The translations under genes and the position numbers were made by a program. From positions 6,126 to 70,125 of the IMG/VR virus record IMGVR_UViG_3300009167_000007: DNA of 64,000 nt; one strand, given 5' to 3'. The notes below the pieces were generated by a model, which searched no databases, was not told the DNA's origin, and saw only the letters and a program-made list of their open reading frames with translations. This DNA comes from a virus. How positions within the stretch are numbered: position 1 is the stretch's first letter; every line of letters starts with the position of its first letter. Below are positions 28,318 to 37,092 of this stretch, one piece after another.

Positions 28318-28727
28318 ACCTCCGGCTCCTCCTCCTCCGCGATGCCGTACCGCCGGAGCCGCTCCTCCAGATGCGCGATCCGGGACTTGAGCCGTTCGAC
28401 TTCCGCGTAGGGGATGTAGACCACGCTCTGGGCTCCGTCGAAGCGGATGTGCCGGATGAAGTCCCCCGCCTCGATGGCCTGGGCGATGACGTCGGCGAGC
28501 TGGGCCTCGGTGAGCCGCTCCACCTCCAGGACGTACTTCCGGACCAGCTTCCGCGTGGCTTCGTCCAGATGGCGGCGCAGGTCGGCGAAGACCTTGGGCA
28601 TCTCGAAATCTCCGGTGTTCATGGCGTGGGACAGGGCCTGGGAAAGCTGGTATGCTGTGGGCGGTCCTTCGGGTCCGGTCAGGGTGGCTTCCATCCGCTT
28701 CAGCCAGTCTTTCAGGTCCACGATCAT
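28314..28727 (-). CDS. Hypothetical coiled-coil protein
   Basis: ORF tiles the operon. Confidence 0.7.
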   Translation of the reverse strand: MIVDLKDWLKRMEATLTGPEGPPTAYQLSQALSHAMNTGDFEMPKVFADLRRHLDEATRKLVRKYVLEVERLTEAQLADVIAQAIEAGDFIRHIRFDGAQSVVYIPYAEVERLKSRIAHLEERLRRYGIAEEEEPEV

Positions 28728-28825
28728 CTCCAGTCCGCCTCGATGACATTTTCGTCCAGAACCACCTCCGCCTGGCGCAGGTCGGCGAAGACCTTCAGCT
28801 CGTGGTGCGCGGGCGTGTGGGACAT
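28724..28825 (-). CDS. 33-aa micro-ORF (mosaic of neighbours)
   Basis: MSHTPAHHELKVFADLRQAEVVLDENVIEADWR; ATGA-coupled to the next gene. Confidence 0.45.
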   Translation of the reverse strand: MSHTPAHHELKVFADLRQAEVVLDENVIEADWR

Positions 28826-28829
28826 GGCT

Positions 28830-29186
28830 TTACAGGTTTTGACCCGGTGAAGGGTCCGCACACCGGCAGGGAACCTGGCCGCAATACAGATCGATGTCCA
28901 CCTTGATGACGGTCCCGTCGAGGACCACCTCCGCCCAGTTGATGACGATCTGGTCGATGAGCAGCTCCTCCTCCGTGGCCTGCAACATCTCCAAAGCCTC
29001 CGTCGCGGTTCGTTTCTGCGCCAGCTCGTGAATGGCCCGGCGTCGCATCCGGATGGCCCCGTCCACCGTGAGCGCCATCACCGCATCCACCAAGACTTCG
29101 TTGCCCAGCTCGTCCAGCCCGTACCAGGGCTCGTGCCACTGGATGCGCGCCCGGTCTCTCAAGGTCAACAGTTCGGGTATCGTCAT
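28830..29186 (-). CDS. Hypothetical protein
   Basis: RBS GAGGAG, ATGA coupling. Confidence 0.65.
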   Translation of the reverse strand: MTIPELLTLRDRARIQWHEPWYGLDELGNEVLVDAVMALTVDGAIRMRRRAIHELAQKRTATEALEMLQATEEELLIDQIVINWAEVVLDGTVIKVDIDLYCGQVPCRCADPSPGQNL

Positions 29187-29437
29187 GGTGTTCTCCTCAA
29201 TGCGTCACAGATCAATCTCGCGCTGTCGGAGGGAACGGCGTTCTCGATGGCCTCGATCAGGCGATGCACCACGGCCCGGAGCCTGTCGTTCTCCTGCTTC
29301 AGGGCAGCCAGCCACCGCGCCTTGACCCAGTCCGGTTCATCGAGCATCATGCGGATTCCTGCATGGCAGTACGGGCACGGGAACTCCTTCACGGGGTGTT
29401 CCAGCAAGGCGATGCCGTCTTTGGTCAATGCGCTCAT
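29183..29437 (-). CDS. Hypothetical protein (CPxC)
   Basis: ATGA coupling. Confidence 0.6.
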   Translation of the reverse strand: MSALTKDGIALLEHPVKEFPCPYCHAGIRMMLDEPDWVKARWLAALKQENDRLRAVVHRLIEAIENAVPSDSARLICDALRRTP

Positions 29438-29706
29438 GGCTTCTCCATCGACGCGGCAATCGCCATGTAGCCGGCGGCATCCAGCATCGAGTCACGGTGG
29501 TCCTTGGACGCCTTGAGCCGGAGGACTTTCATCAGCGCCATCATGCAGCACACGTCCGTTGCGCTGATCTCGTGGTTCAGATACACGGACCATGCCTTCG
29601 CCGTGTCGTTCAGATTGCGGTCCGCGTCGCCATAGACGGCGGGGCGGTCGACACAGATCAGTTGCTCGATCTGCTTCAGGGTTTCAATGCGGCGCTGGGT
29701 GCTCAT
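29434..29706 (-). CDS. DUF6378-like phage protein
   Basis: DR..VYG..N..TA..WS.YL..DV..MM.LMK..R..H.DS..D.AGY. Confidence 0.85.
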   Translation of the reverse strand: MSTQRRIETLKQIEQLICVDRPAVYGDADRNLNDTAKAWSVYLNHEISATDVCCMMALMKVLRLKASKDHRDSMLDAAGYMAIAASMEKP

Positions 29707-29933
29707 GGCTCTGGCGGTGGTCTCAGTTCCTCCAGCAGCCGGATCAGCTCCTGGACCTTGTAGTTCTGCTTGCGAATCAGGGCGTTCTTCTCGATGATCT
29801 TGTCCAGCGGAACCTCCCGTGGGTTCTCGTCCCTCCCCACCTCAATCTCCAGACCGGACAGTTCCGTGTCCGCGATCTCCACGATGTACTTCGTGGGGTA
29901 ACACTCCCTTCCAGCTCGTCCCAGTATCTTCAT
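29703..29933 (-). CDS. Hypothetical protein
   Basis: ATGA coupling. Confidence 0.6.
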   Translation of the reverse strand: MKILGRAGRECYPTKYIVEIADTELSGLEIEVGRDENPREVPLDKIIEKNALIRKQNYKVQELIRLLEELRPPPEP

Positions 29934-30139
29934 GCGGTTGGTTTCTCCTCCTCAAAGTCGCTGTTCATGGCGGAGCAATGCGGGCACTCCAGAATGGTCC
30001 GGTTGCTTTCCGGGTGAAGGACCGCCGTCCAGTAACGACCGCACCCACGGCACCGGGCGATTCCCGTGACGAACCCCTCCTGGCGAAAGTAGCGCAGGGC
30101 CTGGTCGCGGGTCTTCCAATGGGTGTGCCAGCGGCTCAT
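29930..30139 (-). CDS. Zinc-ribbon protein
   Basis: CRGCG..W.AV..LECPHC. Confidence 0.65.
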   Translation of the reverse strand: MSRWHTHWKTRDQALRYFRQEGFVTGIARCRGCGRYWTAVLHPESNRTILECPHCSAMNSDFEEEKPTA

Positions 30140-30393
30140 AGCGGTTGCTCCGGTGTCTTGCGCACAAACTCGACGGAGAGACCGCGCTCCGCCCTGGCTT
30201 CCGCCATCAACGCCTGGCAGTCGCGGGCGCTGTGCTCCGTCGCGAACACCAGCTCCCGCACGACACGCATTTCCCGGTGGGCGGACCGCATCCACCGGAT
30301 GGTGATGCGCAGGACGAACTGGACGGGCGGGGTCTCGCTCACACGCACTCCTTCGGCGGGAGGGGAAACATGGCCGACTTCCAGCGCCACCAA
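30136..30393 (-). CDS. Hypothetical protein
   Basis: ORF tiles the operon; start uncertain. Confidence 0.45.
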   Translation of the reverse strand: MVALEVGHVSPPAEGVRVSETPPVQFVLRITIRWMRSAHREMRVVRELVFATEHSARDCQALMAEARAERGLSVEFVRKTPEQPL

Positions 30394-30722
30394 TGCAGAA
30401 CCCCCGGATGCAGGTTCACGTAATCCGCCGCCGGCGGGCGGTACTGAACCAGACAGTCATCGTCATCCCAGAACAGCTTCGCCGCCTCGATCATCTCGTT
30501 CCAGGACGGCGTATCCGGACTGTTCAGCCTGGAGACAGAGACATGCTCGAACATTGTGTCCGACTTCCCGTCCATCACGCCGTTGCTCGCAATGATCTTG
30601 AGGCCCCACGGGAGCAAATGACACGGGGCGATGAAGAACGCGCCGAACGGATCGCCGGGCTCGGAATCCAGCGGATGACCCGGCATACGGAATCGCAGAT
30701 GCTCGGGAACGTGAAAGCTCAT
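30339..30722 (-). CDS. Conserved phage protein (DUF7694-like)
   Basis: EHVSVS..PSWNEM..K.LFW..YVNLHP..LH.W. Confidence 0.8.
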   Translation of the reverse strand: MSFHVPEHLRFRMPGHPLDSEPGDPFGAFFIAPCHLLPWGLKIIASNGVMDGKSDTMFEHVSVSRLNSPDTPSWNEMIEAAKLFWDDDDCLVQYRPPAADYVNLHPGVLHWWRWKSAMFPLPPKECV

Positions 30723-31012
30723 GCCGCCGGGAGGTTACGGACTCGTGTCAGCGCGTAACAGCTTGTGATTTGCGTTCCCCCGGCGGCACTCCCCGGCCCG
30801 GACACCCGGCGGAGAGAAAGGGTGCCACCGACGCTGTTGCGGTCCATTCTGGCTGGTGGCATGCCAGGTAAGGCGGTTAAGTCATGAAACAAACCGTGGA
30901 CCTTCCCACCTGCGTCTGGGGATGAGGAGTGGGGCGCAGTGGGATTTCCACCCACATCTCCGGCTTTGTCAACCGGGTCCTTGAAGTTGGATGATGCGCC
31001 CATGCGAAAGTG

Positions 31013-31678
31013 TTACTTGACCAGCCCCAGCTCAATCATCCGGGCCATGCTCATCCGGCGGTCAATGCGTTTCCTCAAGGGCTCGTATTTCACCCCAAGC
31101 CTTCTGGCATGTCCAGCCACAGTATCGACGACTCCGGAAATGTTGACGACCCGATTCCACCTTGTGTTGTTTGCCTGCTGCACTGGAGTTTCCCACCGGC
31201 AGTTCGACTTGCAATACGGGCCACCGTTGTCGATTCGACCAAGCGTAGTTCCCGGAGGTCTTGGTCCCATGTCGTTGCGGAACTGGATGAATCCGTCCAT
31301 CCCCAGCCACTCGTCGCAAATCGTGATTCCACGGGCTCCATACAGACGGAACTTGGGATGGCTTTTGGTGAGGCAGCGCTTCCTCATCTCCTGCCACGAA
31401 ATGACTTCAAGAGACCCGGAAGACCTGGCTTCGGAGACGCCCGTGAATCTCACTTCGCCACCCTTCCTGCCGCCACCCCAGCAACCACACGAGAATACTT
31501 TTCCGTAAACCAGATGGTCAAACAGGACGAAGGAAATGCCATCGCACCGCTCACAGACGCAGGGGTATTTGTACCTGAGTCTGGGGTGCGTCCTGCCAAC
31601 TTTTGTCAGCATGGGTTTGCCAGTTACCCGCAGCCACCCGAATTTGGCTCCAACTGGAATTTGGAAATGTGTCTTCAT
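31013..31678 (-). CDS. HNH-type homing-endonuclease-like protein
   Basis: YGARGITICDEW..DMGPRP..TL.RIDN.G.Y..NCRW.T..QANN. Confidence 0.85.
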   Translation of the reverse strand: MKTHFQIPVGAKFGWLRVTGKPMLTKVGRTHPRLRYKYPCVCERCDGISFVLFDHLVYGKVFSCGCWGGGRKGGEVRFTGVSEARSSGSLEVISWQEMRKRCLTKSHPKFRLYGARGITICDEWLGMDGFIQFRNDMGPRPPGTTLGRIDNGGPYCKSNCRWETPVQQANNTRWNRVVNISGVVDTVAGHARRLGVKYEPLRKRIDRRMSMARMIELGLVK

Positions 31679-32643
31679 TGAGCCAGCCCGAGTTCAACGA
31701 ACCTTTTCATTGACATTCTAGCACCTGCTGCTCCTCTGTGTCCGCCTCCGCCATGCTTCACCGCAATCGGAGACAGGTCAAGGTCTTCTCGTCCTGGCCG
31801 ATGGTAGAATGACACGTAGCACTGCTTCCCGTCCCAGCGCCAGGCGAGCAATGCGTCGTGGTCGTCGCGATACCCTCCCTCGAACATCTGGGAGTTCCCG
31901 GGAGACCCTGTGTTCAAGGCGCAGAACTTCAGCCCCTCGAAGGTGACGTCGTACGCCGCGTTCTTCGCGTGCTTGCGGTTCTCCTGGTTCACGTACTTCT
32001 GGATGGCGAGTCCTTCCTCGATGGCCTCACCCAGCTCCCACATGGTTCCCGGGCATTCCTCCCCGTTGAACCTCCGGAACTCGTTTCGCAGCAACTGCGC
32101 TGCCTTCTCCTCGCCCATGGCCTTCATCCCGAGCTGGAGTGGAATGACGTCGGAGTCGTGCAGGTCGAAGATGTCCCATTCCCCGAGCAGCGTCAGGATC
32201 ATGGGTTCTTCCAGCTTGCGTTCGACGTAGGGCTGCCGGTCGGAAACCGGGCGTTCGTCCGACTCCATCCCCACGAACCACTGCCAGCAGAGACGACACG
32301 CGGCGACGCCATCCACCCGGAGCCCGTCGTGACCAAGCTCCCCCCACTTCTGGATGGCGCTCTTGTGGTGGTCAATCCAGACGAGCTTTCCCTTTGTGTA
32401 CGGCTTGTCCATGAGTGAATCCAGGCAGATGTCCACCATGTACACCTTGGTCAATTCATCCACGCGTTCCATCTCGTTCGGCAGCGGATCGCCATAGTCC
32501 CAGCCGGCACAGACGACCTCGTAGTTCAGCTTTTCCAGGTGATACCGGCAGACCTCGCGGGAGGCGATGCCGTCGAAATCTGAGCGGTGGTAGATGACCA
32601 GGACCTGATTGCGCTTCTCAGGAATCGTGACAGTGTTTTCCAT
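31675..32643 (-). CDS. DHH/DHHA1 phosphoesterase
   Basis: YH..DFDG, MVD, WIDHH, GGGGH.GAAG. Confidence 0.92.
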   Translation of the reverse strand: MENTVTIPEKRNQVLVIYHRSDFDGIASREVCRYHLEKLNYEVVCAGWDYGDPLPNEMERVDELTKVYMVDICLDSLMDKPYTKGKLVWIDHHKSAIQKWGELGHDGLRVDGVAACRLCWQWFVGMESDERPVSDRQPYVERKLEEPMILTLLGEWDIFDLHDSDVIPLQLGMKAMGEEKAAQLLRNEFRRFNGEECPGTMWELGEAIEEGLAIQKYVNQENRKHAKNAAYDVTFEGLKFCALNTGSPGNSQMFEGGYRDDHDALLAWRWDGKQCYVSFYHRPGREDLDLSPIAVKHGGGGHRGAAGARMSMKRFVELGLAQ

Positions 32644-32961
32644 GTGCTCTCCAGATTTCGTGAGTGGCTAAAAGTTGTTGAAGTCGAACACCGCCGGATG
32701 GACTGGTTCCATCTCCTCGGCGTCTTCCTTCGCTTCTGGCGGTGGCGCTCCCGGCGTGATACCCTGAGATGCCTGCGCCGCTGTCACCGCTGCCCCATCT
32801 TCAACCGGGACCTCAAGCAGTGCAAGCTGCTGGCTCACGGGCAGGTCATGGGCTGCGGATGCTACTGTCCCTTCCTGGCCCGATTCGGCGGCGACTGCTG
32901 GCTCGTGCTCACCAACCAGTCCAATCCGGGGATTCCGGGATGGAGTGATCTTCAGCGGTAG
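32644..32961 (+). CDS. Cys-rich (DUF6171-like) protein on the antisense strand
   Basis: RCHRCPIFNRDLKQC..GCGCYCPFLA..CW; GTG start uncertain (ATG at 32698 possible). Confidence 0.5.
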   Translation: MLSRFREWLKVVEVEHRRMDWFHLLGVFLRFWRWRSRRDTLRCLRRCHRCPIFNRDLKQCKLLAHGQVMGCGCYCPFLARFGGDCWLVLTNQSNPGIPGWSDLQR

Positions 32962-33156
32962 CGGATACTGCCCGCTCGCCGCGTCCACCAGTTGCTGCGG
33001 GGTCATCGTCCAGGGGTGCCGGCTGCCGAAGCGTCGCACCGTCAACGTCTGGCTTTCCAGCCACCACGTCAGGGTGTGCTCCACTCCATCGACCTTCATC
33101 TTGATGACCCGCTTCCGGTTCTTTCCCCGGCGCTTTCTCTCCTGTGGTTCGCTCAT
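32668..33156 (-). CDS. Hypothetical protein
   Basis: RBS AGGAG before the ATG at 33156; C-terminal half overlaps the antisense gene. Confidence 0.55.
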   Translation of the reverse strand: MSEPQERKRRGKNRKRVIKMKVDGVEHTLTWWLESQTLTVRRFGSRHPWTMTPQQLVDAASGQYPLPLKITPSRNPRIGLVGEHEPAVAAESGQEGTVASAAHDLPVSQQLALLEVPVEDGAAVTAAQASQGITPGAPPPEAKEDAEEMEPVHPAVFDFNNF

Positions 33157-33868
33157 GACTGTTCTCCTGTTGGCGGCAGAGTCCCATGCCGCAGCTTCTG
33201 ACTTTTCCACTGACCAGATTTCGGCCATTGACAATGAACGTCTTTCCGCAGTCGCAATGGCAGAGATACGAACACCACCCGCGATGATCCGTCTTGCTGG
33301 ACGGCTTTGCTGAAGCTTGCCCTACGACAATCAGAAGACCAAACCTCCGACCGGCTTCGAGTTGCTCGGGAGGGTGTTTTGGAGGGACAGGCTTCCAGTT
33401 TGGATTCCACTGCTGGTTCTTCTCATGAGCCGGCTTCGGGTTGGTGAATCTCGCGTTGGTGCTCCATTTCCACCTGAAATACTTCGTCCGGTTCTCGGGT
33501 CCCGCATCGGCGGCGAGCTTCTTCAGGAAGGGCTTCAGCGACTCCGCCGGATCGAACTTCAGAACGTACTGGTGCGGATGTTTCGTCCTTCCACGACCAG
33601 CTCCATTCCTGGCCGCCCGGAACGACGCGAAGATAGTTCCCAGTCCGTACATGGTCACGCAACGACCCTGGGAGAGCATCCGGAAAATCCAGTTGTGGTA
33701 GGCGTTGATTCCGTTGCGCACTATTCCGGCACGGCTTTCCCGGTTGTCACCGCTGCCGTTGGCGATCCCAAGTACCTCATGCAGGAAATCCCGGTGCGTC
33801 AGCGCATCACTGGGACCAGGAGCAAGCCCGAACCCGCGCAGCGGATTTACCTGGCGGTCGTTTGGCAT
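32909..33868 (-). CDS. HU/IHF-like DNA-binding protein fused to a homing-endonuclease-type N-terminal Cys module
   Basis: VTMYGLGTI..RAARNG..LKFDPAESLK (HU-like); GRRFGLL.V..CHCDCG..LVSGKVRSCG. Confidence 0.6.
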   Translation of the reverse strand: MPNDRQVNPLRGFGLAPGPSDALTHRDFLHEVLGIANGSGDNRESRAGIVRNGINAYHNWIFRMLSQGRCVTMYGLGTIFASFRAARNGAGRGRTKHPHQYVLKFDPAESLKPFLKKLAADAGPENRTKYFRWKWSTNARFTNPKPAHEKNQQWNPNWKPVPPKHPPEQLEAGRRFGLLIVVGQASAKPSSKTDHRGWCSYLCHCDCGKTFIVNGRNLVSGKVRSCGMGLCRQQENSHERTTGEKAPGKEPEAGHQDEGRWSGAHPDVVAGKPDVDGATLRQPAPLDDDPAATGGRGERAVSATAEDHSIPESPDWTGW

Positions 33869-34095
33869 TCCAGCTCCGGTTGCCTGAGTCCCGCCTCGAA
33901 CAGCCATCGCTCGGCGCGAAGGACGAACAGGAAGCAGTCGCTGCACAAGGGGGCGGACTCTCCCAGCTCCGGGTCGCGGAACTGGTGGAGACCCTCCTGC
34001 TCGCAGATGACGCAGACACAACGAACCGCCTTCGGCTTGTGGACGAACTGGCAGCGCGTGTTTGGTCGCTTCCGGATGTATTCGTCGTTGCTCAT
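33847..34095 (-). CDS. Small zinc-finger protein
   Basis: CVIC..LCSDC. Confidence 0.55.
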   Translation of the reverse strand: MSNDEYIRKRPNTRCQFVHKPKAVRCVCVICEQEGLHQFRDPELGESAPLCSDCFLFVLRAERWLFEAGLRQPELECQTTAR

Positions 34096-34124
34096 CGTGT
34101 TCAAGCATGTGCCTGAATGGGCAA

Positions 34125-34153
34125 ATCTTGATCTCGAAATGACGGGCTGTCAA
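34125..34153 (-). promoter_or_regulatory. Putative sigma70-like promoter TTGACA-N17-CAAGAT
   Basis: Perfect -35, weak -10; in the gap after dnaB. Confidence 0.4.
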
Positions 34154-35508
34154 GTGGGGAAGTTGATATTTGCGAACGGATGGACGGTGTAGTCTTCAAA
34201 CGAGGTGTAGGCAGGGATGAAAGTGAACGGGATGTCGAAGCAGGAACTGCCGTCCCTTTGCTTCATGATGCGGAGCCGGACCTCCCGTGGGTCGCAGGGA
34301 TTCTCCGGCGCGTTTCCGGGCTGGTACAGGGCTCCCGCAAAGTCGGCGTCGGCCTCGATCTGACCGGACTCGCGCAGGTCCGACAACTGCGGGGTGCGCT
34401 TGCGGTCCCGCTCGAACTCCCGGTTGAGCTGCGCCAGCGCCAGGACGGGTATCCCGGTGGACTTGGCCAGATTGGAGACACCCCGGCTGACGGCATCGAC
34501 GACTTCCCTCCGGTCCCGGGCGCGCATGCCGCTGTCCGGATTGACGTACTGAAGGTAGTCGATGATGAACAGCCTCGTGTCCTTCGTCGCGATGTAGCGC
34601 TTCGCCCGGGCCACGAGCTGGCTCACGGTGACACCCGGTGTGTCGTCGATGTGCAGGTGCTTCTCCAGCGCGGCGACGTGCTCCATGGCCCTCCCCAGCG
34701 CCTCCTGTTCGGCCTGGCTGGTGTAACCCTGCTTGGCGTTGACCCGGGCCTCGGTGTGGAACATGCGGCTGAGCAGGGCCACCCGGCGCATCTCCAGCGA
34801 GAAGACGGTGACGCAGCCAGCCGCCGCCTTTTTGAGCAGCTCGGCACATCGTCGGGCAATGCCCAATGCCAGGGCCGTCTTGCCACTGCTGGGGCGTCCG
34901 CCGATGATCCAGGTCTCCCCGGGCTGGAACCCCAGCGTGTGCTTGTCCAGGTCCAGGTAGCCCGTCTTGAGCCCGACCTGGTTGTTCAGGCGCATCTCCA
35001 GGTAGTCCGTCGCCTCGATGACGGCGTCGACCAGCCCGACTTCGCGCTGTTCACCTGAGCCGACGATGCCGAGAAGTTTCCCGTGCATCTCGGTGAGAAT
35101 CTCCAGCGGGCGGCGCTCCCCGGACCGGAGTTCCTGCGCGGTCGTCCGGAACAGCGCCAGCCCCTTCCGCGCCACGAGCTTCTCCCGGAGTTCGTCGAAG
35201 TAGTACCTCAGCATCGCGGAACTGGGCACGTTCGCCCCCAGGGACATCAGGTGCTCCGTGCCGCCGGCGAACTCGATGCGCCCCTGGTCCTCCAGCCGGG
35301 TGATGAGCAGAACCATGTCCACGGGCTTCCCTTCGCGGTGAAGGTCGAGGATGACTTTCCACAGGTAGGCGTGCCTCAAGTCGTAGAAATGCTCGCCGGT
35401 GAGTCCCATCGAGATGGCTTCGTCAATCTTGGTGGCGGTTTCGAGAAGGATGCACCCGAGGACGCCGGCTTCGGCTTCGGGTGAGTTCGGAGGCAGTTTG
35501 TCGCTCAT
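34150..35508 (-). CDS. dnaB: Replicative DNA helicase DnaB
   Basis: PPNSPEAE, GRPSSGKT, FSLEM, IDYLQ, LAQLNR, DLRESGQIEADAD, KQRDG. Confidence 0.97.
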   Translation of the reverse strand: MSDKLPPNSPEAEAGVLGCILLETATKIDEAISMGLTGEHFYDLRHAYLWKVILDLHREGKPVDMVLLITRLEDQGRIEFAGGTEHLMSLGANVPSSAMLRYYFDELREKLVARKGLALFRTTAQELRSGERRPLEILTEMHGKLLGIVGSGEQREVGLVDAVIEATDYLEMRLNNQVGLKTGYLDLDKHTLGFQPGETWIIGGRPSSGKTALALGIARRCAELLKKAAAGCVTVFSLEMRRVALLSRMFHTEARVNAKQGYTSQAEQEALGRAMEHVAALEKHLHIDDTPGVTVSQLVARAKRYIATKDTRLFIIDYLQYVNPDSGMRARDRREVVDAVSRGVSNLAKSTGIPVLALAQLNREFERDRKRTPQLSDLRESGQIEADADFAGALYQPGNAPENPCDPREVRLRIMKQRDGSSCFDIPFTFIPAYTSFEDYTVHPFANINFPT

Positions 35509-36476
35509 GGTGCGGTCGTTTCTGAATCTCGCTGATTTTTGGCATCTTCGAGTTCCTTCTCCAAGGCGGAAACGCGGTCCTTCTTCGCTTTCCAGTCCAG
35601 CTTCTGTTCAGAAGTCGGGTTCAACGCACAGCCGATGAAATCCTTGTTCGCAACATGCTCGAAGGCAGCAACCTTAGCGGCTTCCAGTTCCCGCTCCAGC
35701 CGCTTGACGCGAGCCCAGGCGGGTTCTGGTTTCTTCTGCTCCTTGGGGAACTGGGCTTCGAGGTCGTCGTTGTATCGCTCCTGATTGAACCAGGTCGCCG
35801 GGAAGGGGATGAACTTCAGCTCCTTGCCGTTGGCTGCCTCAGCAAAAGCCATGGTTCGGTTCAGCAACCACATCCCGGGATTCTTCTCTCCACGAATGCG
35901 AAGGATGGCTTTCCCGATGGCTTTTCTGGCTGACGGCTTTGCGGTTTTCCTCGGGTAGGCGTTGTAGATGAGGTCTTCGATGTTTCCCTTGAATCCAACC
36001 GGCGGTTCAAGTTCCAGCTCGTCGGGTTCCAGTTCTTCTGGCTCTTGGCTGGATGGGACCGCAAGAGCTTTAGTCTCCTCCTTAGTCTCCTCCTTAGTCT
36101 CCTTAGTAGTGGATTGCAGAAGGTCGGCAGGCCGGCTTGCAGAAGGTGGACAAGCCGGTTTGCAGACGGTCGGCAAAGTAGTTTGTAGAGCTTTTTCGAG
36201 CTTTTCGAGGTTCACCCGGTAGTAGGTCTTGCACGGAAGTCCCTCGTTTTTGCGCTCCAGGAACGGTTCGCACGACTTTCTGGCCTGCTCGAACTCGTAG
36301 CGACGCATCCCGGTTTCCTCCTGCCACTTCTCGGCGGTCTTCCACCACCACTCGTCCGAGCGTCTTTGCCAGTAAACCGCCTGCGACAACAGCAGTGCTC
36401 CGGCTACGGACTTGGTGATTTCGACGAAGCAGCGGTGGAAAGCGATGGGGCGGTCTAGGATGTCGATGGTGTTCAT
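35505..36476 (-). CDS. Phage replication initiator (lambda O/DnaD-like)
   Basis: N-terminal wHTH (LLLSQAVYW..WQEETG), C-terminal YPRK..ATWFNQERY; directly upstream of dnaB; internal iterons. Confidence 0.85.
   Translation of the reverse strand: MNTIDILDRPIAFHRCFVEITKSVAGALLLSQAVYWQRRSDEWWWKTAEKWQEETGMRRYEFEQARKSCEPFLERKNEGLPCKTYYRVNLEKLEKALQTTLPTVCKPACPPSASRPADLLQSTTKETKEETKEETKALAVPSSQEPEELEPDELELEPPVGFKGNIEDLIYNAYPRKTAKPSARKAIGKAILRIRGEKNPGMWLLNRTMAFAEAANGKELKFIPFPATWFNQERYNDDLEAQFPKEQKKPEPAWARVKRLERELEAAKVAAFEHVANKDFIGCALNPTSEQKLDWKAKKDRVSALEKELEDAKNQRDSETTAP
36070..36192. repeat. Iterons within the initiator gene (putative origin)
   Basis: Four 23-bp-period repeats starting ttgcaga/ttgtaga at 36114, 36137, 36160, 36183; ttagtctcctcc repeats at 36070-36107. 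Confidence 0.75.
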
Positions 36477-36482
36477 GATTCT

Positions 36483-36935
36483 TCAGGAAGCTTGTGCAGT
36501 GAACATCGCCACTTGCTCAACTTGCTCTCCGACTTGGGACTCCTGTTTTTGCAGCTCAATCGTGTTCTTCACCTTAGCAGTTATCGCCTTAAGGCATTCA
36601 TTAAGAAATCCTCTGGGACTGCAATCGAAAGCGGTGATGGAAACAAACGAACTCAGGCAACTGATGTCCTTCATGCTCATTCTGGAAATCTCACGCTTCA
36701 AGCTGTCTTCGTAAAAATGCCGCTCCTCATGGCACTCGGCGCAAAGCACATGCAGGTCCTGTGGCAGGTAGTTCCACGGCTCCTTGCCCTTTTCGTAATG
36801 CCCGTGGTGAACATGGAGCTGCTTGTCCTCTCGCCCGCAGGCGTCGCATTTCCAGCCGTGTTGCTCCAGAACCCTCAGCCTGCGTTTCTGCCATCTCGGG
36901 TCCTGCAACTTCTGCCAGTAAGGGGTGTCGTTCAT
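36483..36935 (-). CDS. HNH endonuclease-like protein
   Basis: LQDPRWQKRR..CDACG..LHVHH..LCAECH. Confidence 0.88.
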   Translation of the reverse strand: MNDTPYWQKLQDPRWQKRRLRVLEQHGWKCDACGREDKQLHVHHGHYEKGKEPWNYLPQDLHVLCAECHEERHFYEDSLKREISRMSMKDISCLSSFVSITAFDCSPRGFLNECLKAITAKVKNTIELQKQESQVGEQVEQVAMFTAQAS

Positions 36936-37092
36936 GGAAATGGAATCCGGTGCCGCGTGGTGGGTGAAGAATCGGGGAGACCGAACGGAAACCCGCGTTT
37001 TGTCCACCACGCGACCCCGGAAAGCTGTTGCTGAATTCCGATCTGCTTCATGCGACTTTCGTCACGGCGTTCTTCACGCGCCGCACCAGACC

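Noticed and set aside
30722-30788. Possible tRNA
   Set aside because: No T-loop GTTCRA or D-loop consensus; stem lengths do not fit a cloverleaf
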